DNA of 64,000 bases from Kiritimatiellota bacterium (lineage in GTDB: Bacteria; Verrucomicrobiota; Kiritimatiellia; RFP12; UBA1067): NCBI GenBank assembly GCA_009778475.1, contig WRJS01000001.1:11413-75412 (forward strand), given 5' to 3'. The notes beneath the pieces are model-generated. The model ran no database searches. It was not told the origin of the DNA and saw only the letters and a program-made list of their open reading frames with translations. The stretch's first letter is position 1. Each line of letters begins with the position of its first letter. Shown here piece by piece: positions 25,139-37,245 of the stretch. The translations under genes were made by a program, and so were the position numbers.

Positions 25139-26944
25139 TCAATCCCGCGCCGCCGCACGGCGCTGCTGGCGCGTCAGGCTCTCGCCCGCGTCGGGCGGCG
25201 TGGCGACATCGGCGGCCGCCTTCTTCCGCCGCATCATCAGCATCTGCGCGATGGACAGCACCTGGCTGACCGTCCAGTAGAGTGAGAGCGCGGCTGGGAA
25301 CGTGTAGAAGAAGAAAAGCATCATGCAGGGCATCATGATCATCATCATCCGCTGTTGCTGAGGGTCGCCGGTGGAGGGGGTGAGGGCGCTCTGCAGGCCC
25401 ATCGTCGCGGCCATCAGGATGGGCAGGATGTTGAGTGACCCGATGAAGGGGATCATGCCCGCGAAGAGGTTCTCCGGCTCGCTCAGGTCGGTGATCCACA
25501 GGAACGGCGCGAAGCGCAGCTCCACCGAACTGCGCAGCACCCAGAAGAGCGCGATGAACACGGGCATCTGGATCAGCATGGGCAGGCAGCTTGCGAAGGG
25601 GTTGACCTTGTTCTCGCGGTAGCACGCCCAGGTCTCCTGCTGGAGCTTCTGCGGGTCGTCCTTGAATTTCGCCTGAATCTCTTTCAGCTTCGGCTGAATC
25701 TCCTGCATCTTCTTCATGCCGGCAGTGCTCCTGTGCGTCAGCGGCCAGAAGATGATGCGCACGAGGATGGTCAACAGGATGATGGCGATGCCCCAGCTCC
25801 CGGAGATGCGATGGAAGAAGTCAAGCGTCGGCACGAGCAGCGTGCAGACCCACCACCAGAAACCGAACTCCATCATGTCCTGCATCTGGTTGCCCATGGC
25901 CTTCAACAGCGCCAGCTTCTTCGGCCCGACGAACAGCGTGTAGTCGCGCGTCATCTCCTCGCCCTGCCCCAGCACGCACCCCGCGAAAACCATCTCCGCA
26001 GAAACCGAGTCCAGCGCGTATGCGGGCTTCGTCATGTCCCGGCGGGCCTTCAGCGCAAACCCGCTGTTCGGCGCGGCGCTGGCGAGCGCGGTCACGAAAA
26101 AGCGCGACTTGATCGCCACCCATTTCTGCGAACCGGGAATGGGGACTGTCGTAACCTCCGGCATCCCTGCCACAGAAGGCGTGCCGCTACAGCCCCCGGA
26201 CGCGCCACCCGCCAAAAGCGCCTTCGTCAGCTTGTCCGAGCCCCAGTGCGTGGCCTTGAGTTTCTCGGCATCCGGCAGCGAGTCCGCGGACAGGATCTCA
26301 TTCTTCGACTCGCCGCGCCCCATCACCCCGACGCCCACCGTGTTCGTGCCGAGATGGACGACCTCCTGGCTCAGGTTCTTTATCGAGTCCGAAACCTTGA
26401 TCTGATAATCCGCCAGCAACTCGATGCGGCGCGTGACGACGAGGTTCTGCTCCGTCGTCGCCGTCAGCATCACCACGCGGCCGTCCGCGGCCGCCTCGAT
26501 GTGATACGACGCATTCGGCGCCAGCCCCGCAACCCCCGACAACGCCAGCCCCGGCGCAGACGAGAAATCCAGCAGCACCGGCGGGTTGCCCTCGCCCGCC
26601 TTGCCGGGGCGCGTGTTGAAGCGGTTCAGCTGCACCTGCTTCACCGTCGCGCCGTGCGACGAAACGGACACCTTCACGTCGTCGCTTGACAGCTCGACGA
26701 CCTCCTCCGGGAGCGCCGGCGGCGGGAGCTCAGGCGCGGCCGCCACAACAGGCGGCGGCGCATCCGCTGGACCGGGCGCGGTGATGGCCGCGTCCGTCGG
26801 GTGCCCCGTGACAAGCTCCTCCGCCTCGGCCGCCTTCTGCGCATTGAGCCGCGCCTGCTTCTGCGCCTGTGAATTGGTGTACATCATCCAGACGACCAGC
26901 ATCATGGCCAGCAGGGCGGAAATAAGTTTCTCTTGTTTGTTCAT
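25139..26944 (-). CDS. yidC: Membrane protein insertase YidC
   Basis: 601 aa; periplasmic domain followed by five C-terminal TM segments (…[37 protein letters not shown]…). ATGA overlap with yidD. Confidence 0.9.
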   Translation of the reverse strand: MNKQEKLISALLAMMLVVWMMYTNSQAQKQARLNAQKAAEAEELVTGHPTDAAITAPGPADAPPPVVAAAPELPPPALPEEVVELSSDDVKVSVSSHGATVKQVQLNRFNTRPGKAGEGNPPVLLDFSSAPGLALSGVAGLAPNASYHIEAAADGRVVMLTATTEQNLVVTRRIELLADYQIKVSDSIKNLSQEVVHLGTNTVGVGVMGRGESKNEILSADSLPDAEKLKATHWGSDKLTKALLAGGASGGCSGTPSVAGMPEVTTVPIPGSQKWVAIKSRFFVTALASAAPNSGFALKARRDMTKPAYALDSVSAEMVFAGCVLGQGEEMTRDYTLFVGPKKLALLKAMGNQMQDMMEFGFWWWVCTLLVPTLDFFHRISGSWGIAIILLTILVRIIFWPLTHRSTAGMKKMQEIQPKLKEIQAKFKDDPQKLQQETWACYRENKVNPFASCLPMLIQMPVFIALFWVLRSSVELRFAPFLWITDLSEPENLFAGMIPFIGSLNILPILMAATMGLQSALTPSTGDPQQQRMMMIMMPCMMLFFFYTFPAALSLYWTVSQVLSIAQMLMMRRKKAAADVATPPDAGESLTRQQRRAAARD

Positions 26945-27276
26945 AAACTCCTCTCTTTCGGCGGCACGGGATCATACCCGGAAGGCCCGAACGGCCGGCA
27001 GCGGGCCAGCCGCCGCACGGTCAGCCATGTGCCGCGCAACGCGCCGTGCGCCCGCAAGGCCTCGATGCAATACGTCGAGCACGACGGCTCGAAACGGCAG
27101 CAGTCCCCCAGCAACGGCGACAACACCACCTTGTACGCGCGCACCAGAAAAATCAGCACTGCGCACACGGCGGCGTTCAGGATCGAGAGGGGGGTTGCCG
27201 GAGAAGCCGAGGGAACCGGGCTCATCGCCTCCCCCGCGTTCACCGCCTTCCTCGACATCTTCGACATAGACACCAT
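26941..27276 (-). CDS. yidD: Membrane protein insertion efficiency factor YidD
   Basis: [27 protein letters not shown]...GYDPVP motif. The start may lie further in (alternative Met at 27225). Confidence 0.8.
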   Translation of the reverse strand: MVSMSKMSRKAVNAGEAMSPVPSASPATPLSILNAAVCAVLIFLVRAYKVVLSPLLGDCCRFEPSCSTYCIEALRAHGALRGTWLTVRRLARCRPFGPSGYDPVPPKERSL

Positions 27277-27289
27277 CCTGACATCTTTC

Positions 27290-27673
27290 CTACCGCCAGA
27301 TTCTCAGGCGCTTGCACACGCGTTCGAAATCTTCGATCACATACTGGCATGTTTTCCCGGCCATGCCCGCCCGCGCGACCATCACCACGCCCACGCCCGG
27401 CTTCAGCCGGTGGCGCGACAAGCGGAACGTCTCGCGCAGCAGCCGCTTCGCGCGGTTACGGTCCACCGCCTTGCGGAACTTCTTCTTTGAAACGACGACG
27501 CCGACCCTGCGGTCGGCATTCGGCAACGCCAACACCCACATCGCCAGCGTCCGCCCATAGGCATCGCGCCCCGTGTCGAACACCACCCTGTAGAGCGGCG
27601 AGGGCAGGCGGGGCAGGCGGAACGACGCGGGCACCTTGCGGGGCACGCCCGTCATGATGCCCTCGGGCATCAT
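27290..27673 (-). CDS. rnpA: Ribonuclease P protein component RnpA
   Basis: RNase P protein fold motifs (…[23 protein letters not shown]…). Lies 3 bp after rpmH. Confidence 0.85.
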   Translation of the reverse strand: MMPEGIMTGVPRKVPASFRLPRLPSPLYRVVFDTGRDAYGRTLAMWVLALPNADRRVGVVVSKKKFRKAVDRNRAKRLLRETFRLSRHRLKPGVGVVMVARAGMAGKTCQYVIEDFERVCKRLRIWR

Positions 27674-27676
27674 CCC

Positions 27677-27814
27677 TTACACCTGCGTCAGGCGCAGGCG
27701 GCCCTTACGGCGGCGGGCGTTCAGAATCGCGCGCCCCCCCTTTGTTGCCATACGCGCGCGGAACCCGATTTTGCGGGCGCGCTTAATCTTCGACGGTTGC
27801 CAAGTCATCTTCAT
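27677..27814 (-). CDS. rpmH: 50S ribosomal protein L34
   Basis: Hand translation gives [45 protein letters not shown]; AGGAGA RBS. Not listed in the ORF track (<60 aa). Confidence 0.85.
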   Translation of the reverse strand: MKMTWQPSKIKRARKIGFRARMATKGGRAILNARRRKGRLRLTQV

Positions 27815-28000
27815 AATGCTCTTCTCCTACCTTTTGTCACTCAAAATGAATTGCTTAATATACCATATCCGCGCCATGCGGTCAACACGAAAAAAATGCG
27901 ACACCAATGTGCGGCGACGATGAGCGCAGGACATCGCGGGCGGGGTGCTGGCGGGCCGGGTGATAGCGGACAAAAAGCCATGATGAGAATATACCCTGCG

Positions 28001-28204
28001 CTAGTGTCCTGTAAGATATAGATTTCACGATGGAGGGCGAGCCGTTAGACACGATGCAGGGCGGAAGCCCTGCGCTCCCGGCCGATGGAGGGCGAGCGAG
28101 CCGTTAGACATGATGCAGGGCGGAAGCCCTGCGCTCCCGGCCGATGGAGGGCGAGTCCTCGCGAGCCGTTAGACACATTGCGGTTTCCTGCCCCATTGAG
28201 GGCG
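28001..28204. repeat. Family A REP-like array (three tandem ~58-bp units: gatggagggcgag...ccgttagaca...gcagggcggaagccctgc)
   Basis: Head agtgtcctgtaagatatagat as at 22533. Units start at ~28029, 28084 and 28142; the last runs into the 3' end of the 28205 gene. Confidence 0.5.
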
Positions 28205-31200
28205 CTAGCGCGAGGCGAGGCTGCTGCTCTTGTTGAGCAGGACGCCGAGCTCGGAGATGGAGGCGTAGTTGTGGCCGTGGATGGCGCTGAGGGCGGTGAG
28301 CTTGACGTAGCGGGCGCGGACGGGGGCGTCGAACACGATGCGCTGCTCTTTGGCGGTGCGCGCGAGCTTGTCCTCGGCGACTTTCTTCCAGGTCTTGCCG
28401 TCGGTGCTGACGCTGACGCGGTATTTGCGGATGAAGCCGTTCTCGCCGCCGGTGGAGCGGTTGATGATGTACAGGCCGGCGATGGGGGCCTCGTCGGCCA
28501 TCTTGATGGTGACGTTGTGGGGGTAGGTCTTTTCGTCGCTGCCGTAGCGGGAGTGCCAGAAGGTGCCGGGGTTGCCGTCGAGCATCTTGGCGGCGGGGTC
28601 GCCGCCGGCCTCGGAGTCCACTTCGACGATGCTGAGCTTGGCGCGGTCGTATTTGGGGAGGTCGAAGCCGACGGCGGAGGCGAGGGCCTCGGGGCGGGGG
28701 TTCTTCTCCTCGTCGAGGCGGCGGACCCAGCAGGAGCCGCAGCGGCAGTGGTCGTAGCCGCAGGTGCCGCGGAGGGCGGGTTCGGGGTAGGAGAAGAGGT
28801 CGTTGACGGCTTCGGCGAAGTCTTTGAAGGCGGGGTCGCTCTTGTCTTTCCAGGCGTTCTTGGCTTGCCCCCAGCCTCCGGCGGCGGCGGGGAGGGGGGC
28901 CATGAGGATGCGGCTCTCGGCGGGGTTGGCGCCGTTGACGAGGGCGCAGATGGGCTGGTCGGCGAGTTCGGGGCCGAAGCGTTCCTTGACCATGGCGCGG
29001 AGGGTTTTCTCGGCGGTGGGGTCGATGTCGTAGTATTCGGTGCGGTTGTGGTTGAAGGTGCCGTAGCACTGGGCGTTCATGTCGAGCCAGTTGACGATGC
29101 GCTGGAAGTCGCGCTTGGTGATGGGGATTTTCTTGTCTTTGTGCTTCTCCATGAAGACGTTGACGAAGGTGCCGCCGAGGGCGTAGTAGTCGTAGGGGCG
29201 GGAGATGTTGTTCTCGAGGCCGTGCGACTTGCCTTTGTCGCCGATGGTCTTGGTGTAGGCGAGCAGGGCGGTGTAGGAGGAGGGCCAGTCGTGGCCGGGC
29301 TTGGGGATGAGGTTGAGGCCTTTGGGCGGATCGGCGGCCAGGCCGTGGCAGGCGATGCAGTGGCGGTCGAGGACGGGCTGGACCATCTTGAGGAAGCTGA
29401 CGCCCTCGCCGTCGTCCTGGCAGAGCTCGGGGGTGAGGTCGCGGGGCTCGCGGGTGAAGAGGTTGGGGTTGGGCTTGAGGGAGACGCCGACGGGCTCGTG
29501 GCAGCCGATGCAGCCGCGCCGCTCGCCGGGGCGCAGGTAGTGGAAGCTGCGCTCGGTGAGGATGGCGCGGCCGTCTTTGTCGAGGGCCTGTATCTGGAGG
29601 GGGATCCCGGCGGGGACGCGCACGGAGACGGAGCCGTCGGGCTCGACGGGGACGGTGCCGAGGATGCGCTTGGGGGCGGCGTTGGGGACGTCGCGGCTGA
29701 TCTTGTCGCTGCTGGGGATGTTCTTGACGTAGATCTGGTTGAAGCGCAGGAACTTGATGTCGCCGGGCTTGATCTTGCCCTCGGGGTCGTTGCGCGTGAG
29801 GTTCACGTCCTGCACCATATAGACGCCGGTCTCCTTGTCCTTGCCTTTGAGGGTGGCGATGTCGGGCAGCTGGTTGGGGATGATGGACGGCAGTTTCTGC
29901 GCGACGACGGGGACGGGCGAGAAGCAGGCCGCGTCGGTGTCGATGTAAAGCGGCTCGCGCCCGCCGAAGTCGTCCACCAGCGCGATGATGTAGGGCGTCT
30001 CGGGCGGGAGGCGGCCCTGGCTGTGGACCTCCACGGGCGAGTACGTCGCGAGGAATAGGTTCTCGTTCAGCGGCCACGGGGTGCTGTACTGGCCGTGGGT
30101 GCTGTAGCCCGTCTCGTTCGACTCGCCGTAGAGGACCTCGGGCGTGATGCGCGTGACGGCGTCGGGGCCGTTCTCGCCCTTGGTGATGTCGATGAGGATG
30201 ATGGTCCCGGCGTGGTAGTTGTGGTGGCCCATGCCGTTGGCCAGCACCTTCAGCGTGCCGGGGATGGCGCGCGCCTCGGAGATCATCAGCGGGTAGATCG
30301 TGTCGTTGCCGTAGTAGTGCGAGATCATCGTGCCGTCCGGCCGCTTCCACCAGAGCTTGTGGAACTCCATCTCGTGGCGGTCCACGTACTCCCAGCGCGT
30401 GAAGAGGATGCGGCCGTCGGGCAGGACGCTGGGCGTGGTCTCGTTCTCGATGCCGTAGGAAAGCTGCGTGATGTTGTCGCCGTTCTTGTCGCACCGGTAC
30501 AGCACGAAGGTCGGCGCGAACCGCCCGCCGTGGCACCGCCCGAAATTCTGCGAGCGCGACGACACGAACGCGATGTCCCCGTTCGGCAGGTAGCACGGAT
30601 CCTCGTCCTCCACAGGGACGGTCAGGCGACTCTCCCACGTCGCGAGCTTATCGCGCTCCGTCCCCGTCAGCTGCCGCACCGACGAGCCGTCCACCGCCGC
30701 CTCGTAAAGGTAGAACGTCTGATGGTTGCGCTCCTTCTTATGCTCCGCGAAACCGAACACGACGCGCTTCGCGTCGAACGACAGGCACGGCTTCTGGTAC
30801 GCGCCCACCGGCAGCTTGCCCGCCAGCAGCGGCGTGGCCTTCGGGTTCTCCGTGCGCCAGCCCGTGATGACCGTCGGCCCCTGACCCGCGCGGCTCTCCG
30901 CGCCACGGTACTGGTCGCAATTGTGGCTGTAGCGCGTCGGCGGGTTCTTGTTCACGAGCAGCTTCTCGAACTGCAACGCCGGATGCACAAACAGGATCGC
31001 CCGCCGCGCCGCGAACGCGCGCGCGAACAGCCCCGAACCGTCCGGCACGCTGTCCTTGCCCCACGCCGCCTGAATGTCCTTCTCCAGCGCATCCAGCTCA
31101 CGGAGCGCGGCAGACGGCGGCGTCGCGCCCGCCTTCTTCACGAGCTCAACCGTCTTACGCGCAAGCTCCACACGCTCACGCGCCTGACCGAGGTAAAACC

Positions 31201-31543
31201 ACTCGCGCACCTGCCCGCACTGCTCGATGCCGACATCCCCGCGCCGCAGCGGGTCCGCCTTCTTGCGCAGATCCTCCGGCATCTTGTTCGCATAGCGGTT
31301 GGTGATTTCCTTTATGCCGCCGCCGGGGATCCACTCCCCGCTGTTCCAGATGCGCAAGGCGCGTTCGCGCTCCACCTCCGCGATCGCCACGGGCGTCTCG
31401 CACAAGCGGACGATGTTATTGTTGATCCAGTCGCCCTCCTTGCCTTGGATAGCCTTCCACCAAGCCTCACCCGCCGCCTGCGCGGAACACGCGCAGACGC
31501 AAACCCATACGGACACAAACGCCGCAATCTTTTTCATCGCCAT
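28205..31543 (-). CDS. Large secreted PD40/TolB-like beta-propeller protein with CxxCH motifs and C-terminal F5/8 type C (discoidin) domain
   Basis: Signal peptide MAMKKIAAFVSVWVCVCACSAQA. Propeller repeats (DGDIAFVSSRSQNFGRCHGGRF, DGRILFTRWEY). CIGCHEP and CIACHG motifs paralogous to the 9560 gene. Discoidin-like C-terminus (…YVKLTALSAIHGHNYASISELGV). Confidence 0.65.
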   Translation of the reverse strand: MAMKKIAAFVSVWVCVCACSAQAAGEAWWKAIQGKEGDWINNNIVRLCETPVAIAEVERERALRIWNSGEWIPGGGIKEITNRYANKMPEDLRKKADPLRRGDVGIEQCGQVREWFYLGQARERVELARKTVELVKKAGATPPSAALRELDALEKDIQAAWGKDSVPDGSGLFARAFAARRAILFVHPALQFEKLLVNKNPPTRYSHNCDQYRGAESRAGQGPTVITGWRTENPKATPLLAGKLPVGAYQKPCLSFDAKRVVFGFAEHKKERNHQTFYLYEAAVDGSSVRQLTGTERDKLATWESRLTVPVEDEDPCYLPNGDIAFVSSRSQNFGRCHGGRFAPTFVLYRCDKNGDNITQLSYGIENETTPSVLPDGRILFTRWEYVDRHEMEFHKLWWKRPDGTMISHYYGNDTIYPLMISEARAIPGTLKVLANGMGHHNYHAGTIILIDITKGENGPDAVTRITPEVLYGESNETGYSTHGQYSTPWPLNENLFLATYSPVEVHSQGRLPPETPYIIALVDDFGGREPLYIDTDAACFSPVPVVAQKLPSIIPNQLPDIATLKGKDKETGVYMVQDVNLTRNDPEGKIKPGDIKFLRFNQIYVKNIPSSDKISRDVPNAAPKRILGTVPVEPDGSVSVRVPAGIPLQIQALDKDGRAILTERSFHYLRPGERRGCIGCHEPVGVSLKPNPNLFTREPRDLTPELCQDDGEGVSFLKMVQPVLDRHCIACHGLAADPPKGLNLIPKPGHDWPSSYTALLAYTKTIGDKGKSHGLENNISRPYDYYALGGTFVNVFMEKHKDKKIPITKRDFQRIVNWLDMNAQCYGTFNHNRTEYYDIDPTAEKTLRAMVKERFGPELADQPICALVNGANPAESRILMAPLPAAAGGWGQAKNAWKDKSDPAFKDFAEAVNDLFSYPEPALRGTCGYDHCRCGSCWVRRLDEEKNPRPEALASAVGFDLPKYDRAKLSIVEVDSEAGGDPAAKMLDGNPGTFWHSRYGSDEKTYPHNVTIKMADEAPIAGLYIINRSTGGENGFIRKYRVSVSTDGKTWKKVAEDKLARTAKEQRIVFDAPVRARYVKLTALSAIHGHNYASISELGVLLNKSSSLASR

Positions 31544-31662
31544 CTCTTTTCCCCCGAAAATACGACAATCCGAAAATCGTGAAATAGTATAAGATAATTC
31601 GGCCAGAGGGCGCAAGCGGAAAAGAAGGAGATTTTTCCCTTGGAAACGTGTCGATTAAAGAC

Positions 31663-31691
31663 TTGGCAGGGACACGGCAACCGTTTATACT
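31663..31691 (+). promoter_or_regulatory. Sigma70-like promoter TTGGCA-17-TATACT for glnN
   Basis: TTGGCA at 31663-31668, 17-nt spacer, TATACT at 31686-31691. AAGGAG RBS before the ATG at 31722. Confidence 0.5.
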
Positions 31692-31721
31692 GTTGTCCCG
31701 ATTTGAAGCCAAGGAGTCTGT

Positions 31722-33821
<2,100 letters not shown>

Positions 33822-34070
33822 CGCAAAGGAGAAAAACGCCATGACACGGAACGATGTCTTAAAGTCGCAAACCTGAAATGAACCGCGAACGACACGGACG
33901 ACGCGAAAATTGATGAAGGGTTTTTTCAGGCAGGATTGACAGGATTGTTTTCTCAATCTAAAATCCCAAATTTAAAATTCCTCTGCGCGAGCAATGAGGC
34001 CGAAGATTTGTCTTGCGCGGCAAGGTTTGCTGGGGTATGCTCATGGGACACTTACTCAATGGAGGTAAAG

Positions 34071-34148
34071 ATGAAACTGATTCAGGCTGTTTGTTTTGTC
34101 GGTATTGCTCTGGTGGCGCTATTCCTCGCGGGCTGCGGCCCGGTCTGA
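34071..34148 (+). CDS. Micro-ORF (25 aa) consisting only of a lipoprotein-type signal peptide with lipobox LAGC (speculative)
   Basis: GGAGG at 34061-34065, 5-nt spacer, ATG. Encodes MKLIQAVCFVGIALVALFLAGCGPV-stop. Lies 6 nt before the methyltransferase ATG, in a different frame. Confidence 0.25.
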   Translation: MKLIQAVCFVGIALVALFLAGCGPV

Positions 34149-34153
34149 GCGTC

Positions 34154-35026
34154 ATGAGCGTCCGGCGCTACTGGGATTGCGCGCGGCTGAACGCCCGCGT
34201 CACGCGCCTGTTGCTGACGGGCCGTTGGCTGCAAAAGGATGACATCGCGCGGAGTTATGACCGCCTCGCCAGCGCGTATGACGAGGCGTGGCTGGTCTAT
34301 CTGCAAGGCACGACCGCCCGCTTGCTCGGGCTGCTGCCCGGGGCCCTCCCGCAGGGCGCGGTGCTGGACGTGGGCTGCGGGACGGGCTTCGCGTGCCGCT
34401 GGCTGGCGCGGCGTTACCCGTCGCGTGAAATCCGCGCGTGCGACATCTCCGGGGGGATGCTCGCGGAGGCGCGGCGCCTCCAGCCTTCGCCGCAGGTGAC
34501 GTGGGCGGCGGAGGATATGCTGGCGTTCCTGCGCCGTCAGCCGGACGGGTCGGCGGCGCTGGTGACGGCGGCGTGGTCGGCGGGCTATTCGGATTACCGC
34601 CGCGTGTTCCGCGAGGCGCGGCGCGTGCTGTGCGGGGGCGGGCGGCTCGCGCTCGTCGTGAACCTCGCGGACACGCTCGCGCCGCTGCGCCGCGCGTTCC
34701 GCTATTGTATGCAGGCGCACGCGGGGGAGGTGCGCTGCCTGGCGCGGTTCCCGTTCCCGAGGGACGCGGGCGCGGTGCGTTCCGCGCTGGCCGCGGCGGG
34801 GTTCGCGGTCGAGGCGTTCGAGGACGGGGCCTGCCCCGTCGCGCCGCAGGTCACGCCGGACGGGCGGAGGCTGCCGTGGCTGCTGCGGACGGGGACGCTG
34901 GCGGGGTTCGACGCGATGCTGCCGCTCGACGGCGGCGCGGTGGCGGAGACGTTCGAGGCGCGGCTGGCGGCGGACCCGGAGCCGATCGCGCACCATTACG
35001 CATTGGGTGTGGGGGTTCGGCCATGA
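34154..35026 (+). CDS. Class I SAM-dependent methyltransferase
   Basis: Motif I VLDVGCGTGF; motif post-I/II (…CDISGGMLAEA…, …GGRLALVVNL). The stop overlaps the next ATG (ATGA). Confidence 0.8.
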   Translation: MSVRRYWDCARLNARVTRLLLTGRWLQKDDIARSYDRLASAYDEAWLVYLQGTTARLLGLLPGALPQGAVLDVGCGTGFACRWLARRYPSREIRACDISGGMLAEARRLQPSPQVTWAAEDMLAFLRRQPDGSAALVTAAWSAGYSDYRRVFREARRVLCGGGRLALVVNLADTLAPLRRAFRYCMQAHAGEVRCLARFPFPRDAGAVRSALAAAGFAVEAFEDGACPVAPQVTPDGRRLPWLLRTGTLAGFDAMLPLDGGAVAETFEARLAADPEPIAHHYALGVGVRP

Positions 35027-36321
35027 GCGTGAGGTTTCATCAGATTGCCGCGCTGGTCTTGGACGCGCGTGTGCGCGGGCCTGCGCTGGAGGCGCTGCGG
35101 AAGATGCGCGCGAAGGGCGTGCGGCGGCTGCCCGAGGAGGTGTTCAGCCTGAGGCGCGGGCGGCTGGGCGCGGCGGCGGCGTACCGCTTCCTGCGCGGGT
35201 GGCTGGACGGCGAGCGCCTGACGCGCCACAACGGGCAGTGGGTGCTGAACTCGTTCATGCCGCCGTTCCCCGGCGCGGCGTACAACCGCCTCTTCGACAA
35301 TATGTTTTCCGGCCGCCACCTGAGCCCCGTCTCGGCGTTCCTCGCGGTGACGGCCCGCTGCCCGGCGCGGTGCCCGCATTGCAGCCACGGCGGGCGGCGC
35401 AACGGCGCGGAGCTCTCGACGGGCGAGACGCTGGACGTCATCCGCCAGCTGCACGGGCTGGGCGCGAGCATCATCGGGTTCACGGGCGGCGAGCCGTGCC
35501 TGCGCGGGGATCTGCCGTCGCTCGTGCGCGCCGCGTCCGAGGGCGGCGCGGCGACGATCCTCTTCACGTCGGGCTTCGGGCTCACCGACGCGCTGCTGGC
35601 GGAACTGCGCGAGGCCGGGCTGTGGTCGGTCTGCGTGAGCATCGACTCCGACACCGCGCAGGAACACGACGCGGGGCGCGGCGAAGGGAGCTTCGCGGCC
35701 GTCGTGTCCGCGCTGCGCCGCGCCAAGGCCGGCGGGTTCTACACCATGGCCGGGACGCTCGCGACGCCCGCGTTCGTGGCCACAGGCCGCTACCGCCGCG
35801 TTCACGATTTCCTCGCCACGCTCGGCGCGCACGAGATGCGCATCGTCGAGGCCATGCCGTGCGGCAACCTCGTCTCCTGCGCCGACGACGCATTCCTGTC
35901 AACGGCACAGGTCGCGGAGCTGCGCCGCTTCCACGCGGACATGAACCGTCGGCGCGGCGGCCCGAAGGTGTGCGCCTTCAACCAAGTCGAGAGCCCCGAG
36001 GTGTTCGGGTGCGGCGCCGGGACGCAGCACCTGTTCATCGGTCCCGACGGGACGGTCTGCCCGTGCGACTTCACGCCGCTCGGCTTCGGCAGCGTCCGCG
36101 ACGCGCCCCTCGCCGACCTGTGGCGCGCGATGAACCTCGCGATGGGCGACAACCCCCGCACGCACTGCTTCGTCCACAAGAACCGCGCCGCCATCCGCGC
36201 CCGCGCCGACGCCGGCTACCCCCTCCCCCCCGACATCAGCGAAGCCATCTGCCGCGCCGCCGCCCCAGAGCCGCTGCCCGGCTATTTCGCGCTCGTCACG
36301 CAGGGAGGGAACGGAGAATGA
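35023..36321 (+). CDS. Radical SAM enzyme with ~105-aa N-terminal extension (possible RRE/peptide-binding domain) and C-terminal SPASM/Twitch-like Cys cluster
   Basis: CPARCPHC (CxxxCxxC) at residues ~109-116; GGEP. C-terminal CAFNQVESPEVFGCGAGTQHLFIGPDGTVCPCDF. 432 aa; ATGA-coupled to the upstream MT. Its own stop overlaps the ATG of the repeat ORF. Confidence 0.8.
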   Translation: MSVRFHQIAALVLDARVRGPALEALRKMRAKGVRRLPEEVFSLRRGRLGAAAAYRFLRGWLDGERLTRHNGQWVLNSFMPPFPGAAYNRLFDNMFSGRHLSPVSAFLAVTARCPARCPHCSHGGRRNGAELSTGETLDVIRQLHGLGASIIGFTGGEPCLRGDLPSLVRAASEGGAATILFTSGFGLTDALLAELREAGLWSVCVSIDSDTAQEHDAGRGEGSFAAVVSALRRAKAGGFYTMAGTLATPAFVATGRYRRVHDFLATLGAHEMRIVEAMPCGNLVSCADDAFLSTAQVAELRRFHADMNRRRGGPKVCAFNQVESPEVFGCGAGTQHLFIGPDGTVCPCDFTPLGFGSVRDAPLADLWRAMNLAMGDNPRTHCFVHKNRAAIRARADAGYPLPPDISEAICRAAAPEPLPGYFALVTQGGNGE

Positions 36322-36880
36322 ATATCCAATATCCAACACGGAATAATCAATGTCCAAGTGGGATGCGCTCTGAGGGGGGCAGCGCATGGTGTCCCGCCAT
36401 GACGGGCGTAGAGACGGATGATTATCCGTCTCCAGAGGGCAATGACCTGAAGGGCAAAGCCCTTCCGTATCATAGGAAGGAACCCCCATTGGCACAGGCG
36501 CGACCAATGTGGCATGAGAATATCCAATGCCCAAGTGGGATGCGCTCTGAGGGGGGCAGCGCATGGTATCCCGCCATGACGGGCGTAGAGACGGATGATT
36601 ATCCGTCTCCAGAGGGCAATGCCCTGAAGGGCGAAGCCCTTCCGTATCATAGGAAGGAACCCCCATTGGCACAGGCGCGACCAATGGGGCATGAGAATGT
36701 CCAATACCCAAGTGGGATGCGCTATGAGGGGGGCAGCGCATGGCGTCCCGCCATGACGGGCGTAGAGACGGATGATTATCCGTCTCCAGAGGGCAATGGT
36801 CTGAAGGGCGAAGCCCTTCCGTATCATAGCGCAGGGCAACGCCCTGCGTTGGGGCAACGTAACGCAATCAAGGCTGAAAG
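36318..36880. repeat. Three tandem 177-bp repeats (family C), each a chain of small GC-rich hairpins; copy 1 carries a 21-nt insertion
   Basis: Period measured between equivalent points (36351/36528/36695), exactly 177 bp. Internal palindromes gagacggatgattatccgtctc, gggcaatgccc, gaagggcgaagcccttc, ccccattgg..ccaatgggg. A ~75-bp solo copy sits at ~48057-48131. Confidence 0.7.
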
Positions 36881-37245
36881 CCCTCGGGAATATCCAATAT
36901 CCAACACGGAATATCCAACATCCAAGTTAAATGCGCTCTGGAGGCCGCGCATCCCATCCCTCCGCGCAGGAATTGTTAATTATGAATTATGCATTATGCA
37001 TTGGCGCAAGGCCTTTGGCCTTGATTACGTGATGCGTCCTTTTCTGGGCAATGCCAGACAGCGGTTTCGGAGAAACCTCCCTAACCATGTGTCTCTTTAC
37101 CCCGAAGGGGTTACATCACCCAGCGTAGGGCAACGCCCTACGAATTGCGGCACAACGGATTGTAGCCCTGTAAGGGCGACATCCGATTTGATTTCGCCCT
37201 TTCAGGGCTTACTTACACCCAAGGAAACGAAAAAAGGAGTGACAC

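Noticed and set aside
33846-33881. 11-codon ORF (MTRNDVLKSQT) with AAGGAG RBS directly after glnN
   Set aside because: It is too short and has no conservation evidence. It is more likely a chance RBS-like sequence in the glnN 3' UTR, though it could be checked by Ribo-seq.
34438-36321. 627-aa fused ORF
   Set aside because: Upstream of the radical SAM start it is a Gly/Arg-rich alternate frame over the methyltransferase gene. It resolves into MT (34154-35026) plus radical SAM (35023-36321).
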